Assembly: GCA_023247705.1 (NCBI GenBank)
Contig: JAHFFY010000009.1
Span: forward strand, 1,688 to 65,687
Length of the DNA stretch: 64,000 nt
Source: Candidatus Omnitrophota bacterium
GTDB lineage: Bacteria; Omnitrophota; Gorgyraeia; Zapsychrales; JAHFFX01
Reading direction: 5' to 3'
Below are more notes on the stretch, generated by a model that worked only from the letters and a program-made list of their open reading frames with translations, did not search any database and was not told the origin of the DNA. The letters are not shown here. Within the stretch, counting starts at the first letter, position 1.

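Noticed and set aside
20700-63300. Dozens of plus-strand ORFs in the track (e.g. 45639..46358 239 aa, 50937..51524 195 aa, 58728..59183 151 aa, 61140..61586 148 aa, 28137..28523)
   Set aside because: All lie antisense within the continuous 43.5-kb minus-strand frame and have low-complexity or unrecognisable products. They are shadow ORFs of the giant gene, not independent genes.
20415-64000. Giant ORF as an artefact of an alternative genetic code (stop-codon reassignment)
   Set aside because: The frame is stop-free under the standard code itself, and neighbouring genes (mutS, mutL, cstA) have normal lengths and ends under the standard code.

Overview
This 64-kb window comes from a low-to-moderate GC bacterial genome. 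The organism cannot be identified with certainty; the gene content and a giant ORF are reminiscent of uncultivated Omnitrophota-like lineages (inference only). The left ~14.8 kb is visibly AT-rich and encodes envelope and membrane proteins. These are a MORN-repeat-variant (YwqK-like) protein; three paralogous proteins that fuse a polytopic membrane domain to a spermidine-synthase-like domain (1280-4591 +, 6055-8550 -, 10854-13052 -); a periplasmic-binding-protein-like protein; carbon starvation protein CstA with tightly coupled neighbours; a small lipoprotein; and a secreted coiled-coil protein. The centre carries the mismatch-repair genes mutS (15411-18059) and mutL (18155-19966, MutH-independent endonuclease-type C-terminus). 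These are followed by a promoter-driven two-gene module encoding a small protein and a retropepsin-like aspartic protease. The right 43.5 kb (20415 to the window edge at 64000, minus strand) is one stop-free reading frame of at least 14,497 codons that is still open at the window boundary. It encodes a giant, modular, multi-pass membrane 'megaprotein'. The protein is built from tandemly repeated novel modules (>=5 x ~440 aa, ~10 x ~185 aa, 2 x ~670 aa) interspersed with recognisable domains. Those domains are multiple XRE-type and transposase-type HTHs, a Gfo/Idh/MocA oxidoreductase, an alpha/beta-hydrolase, a CPBP intramembrane protease, TPRs and coiled coils, plus possible RelE/ParE-like, ClpP-like and methyltransferase-like segments. 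Its 3' tail reads antisense through the convergent retropepsin-like protease gene. No rRNA, tRNA, CRISPR array or autonomous mobile element was found. All domain coordinates inside the giant ORF are approximate; they were anchored by reverse-complementing and translating short stretches by hand.
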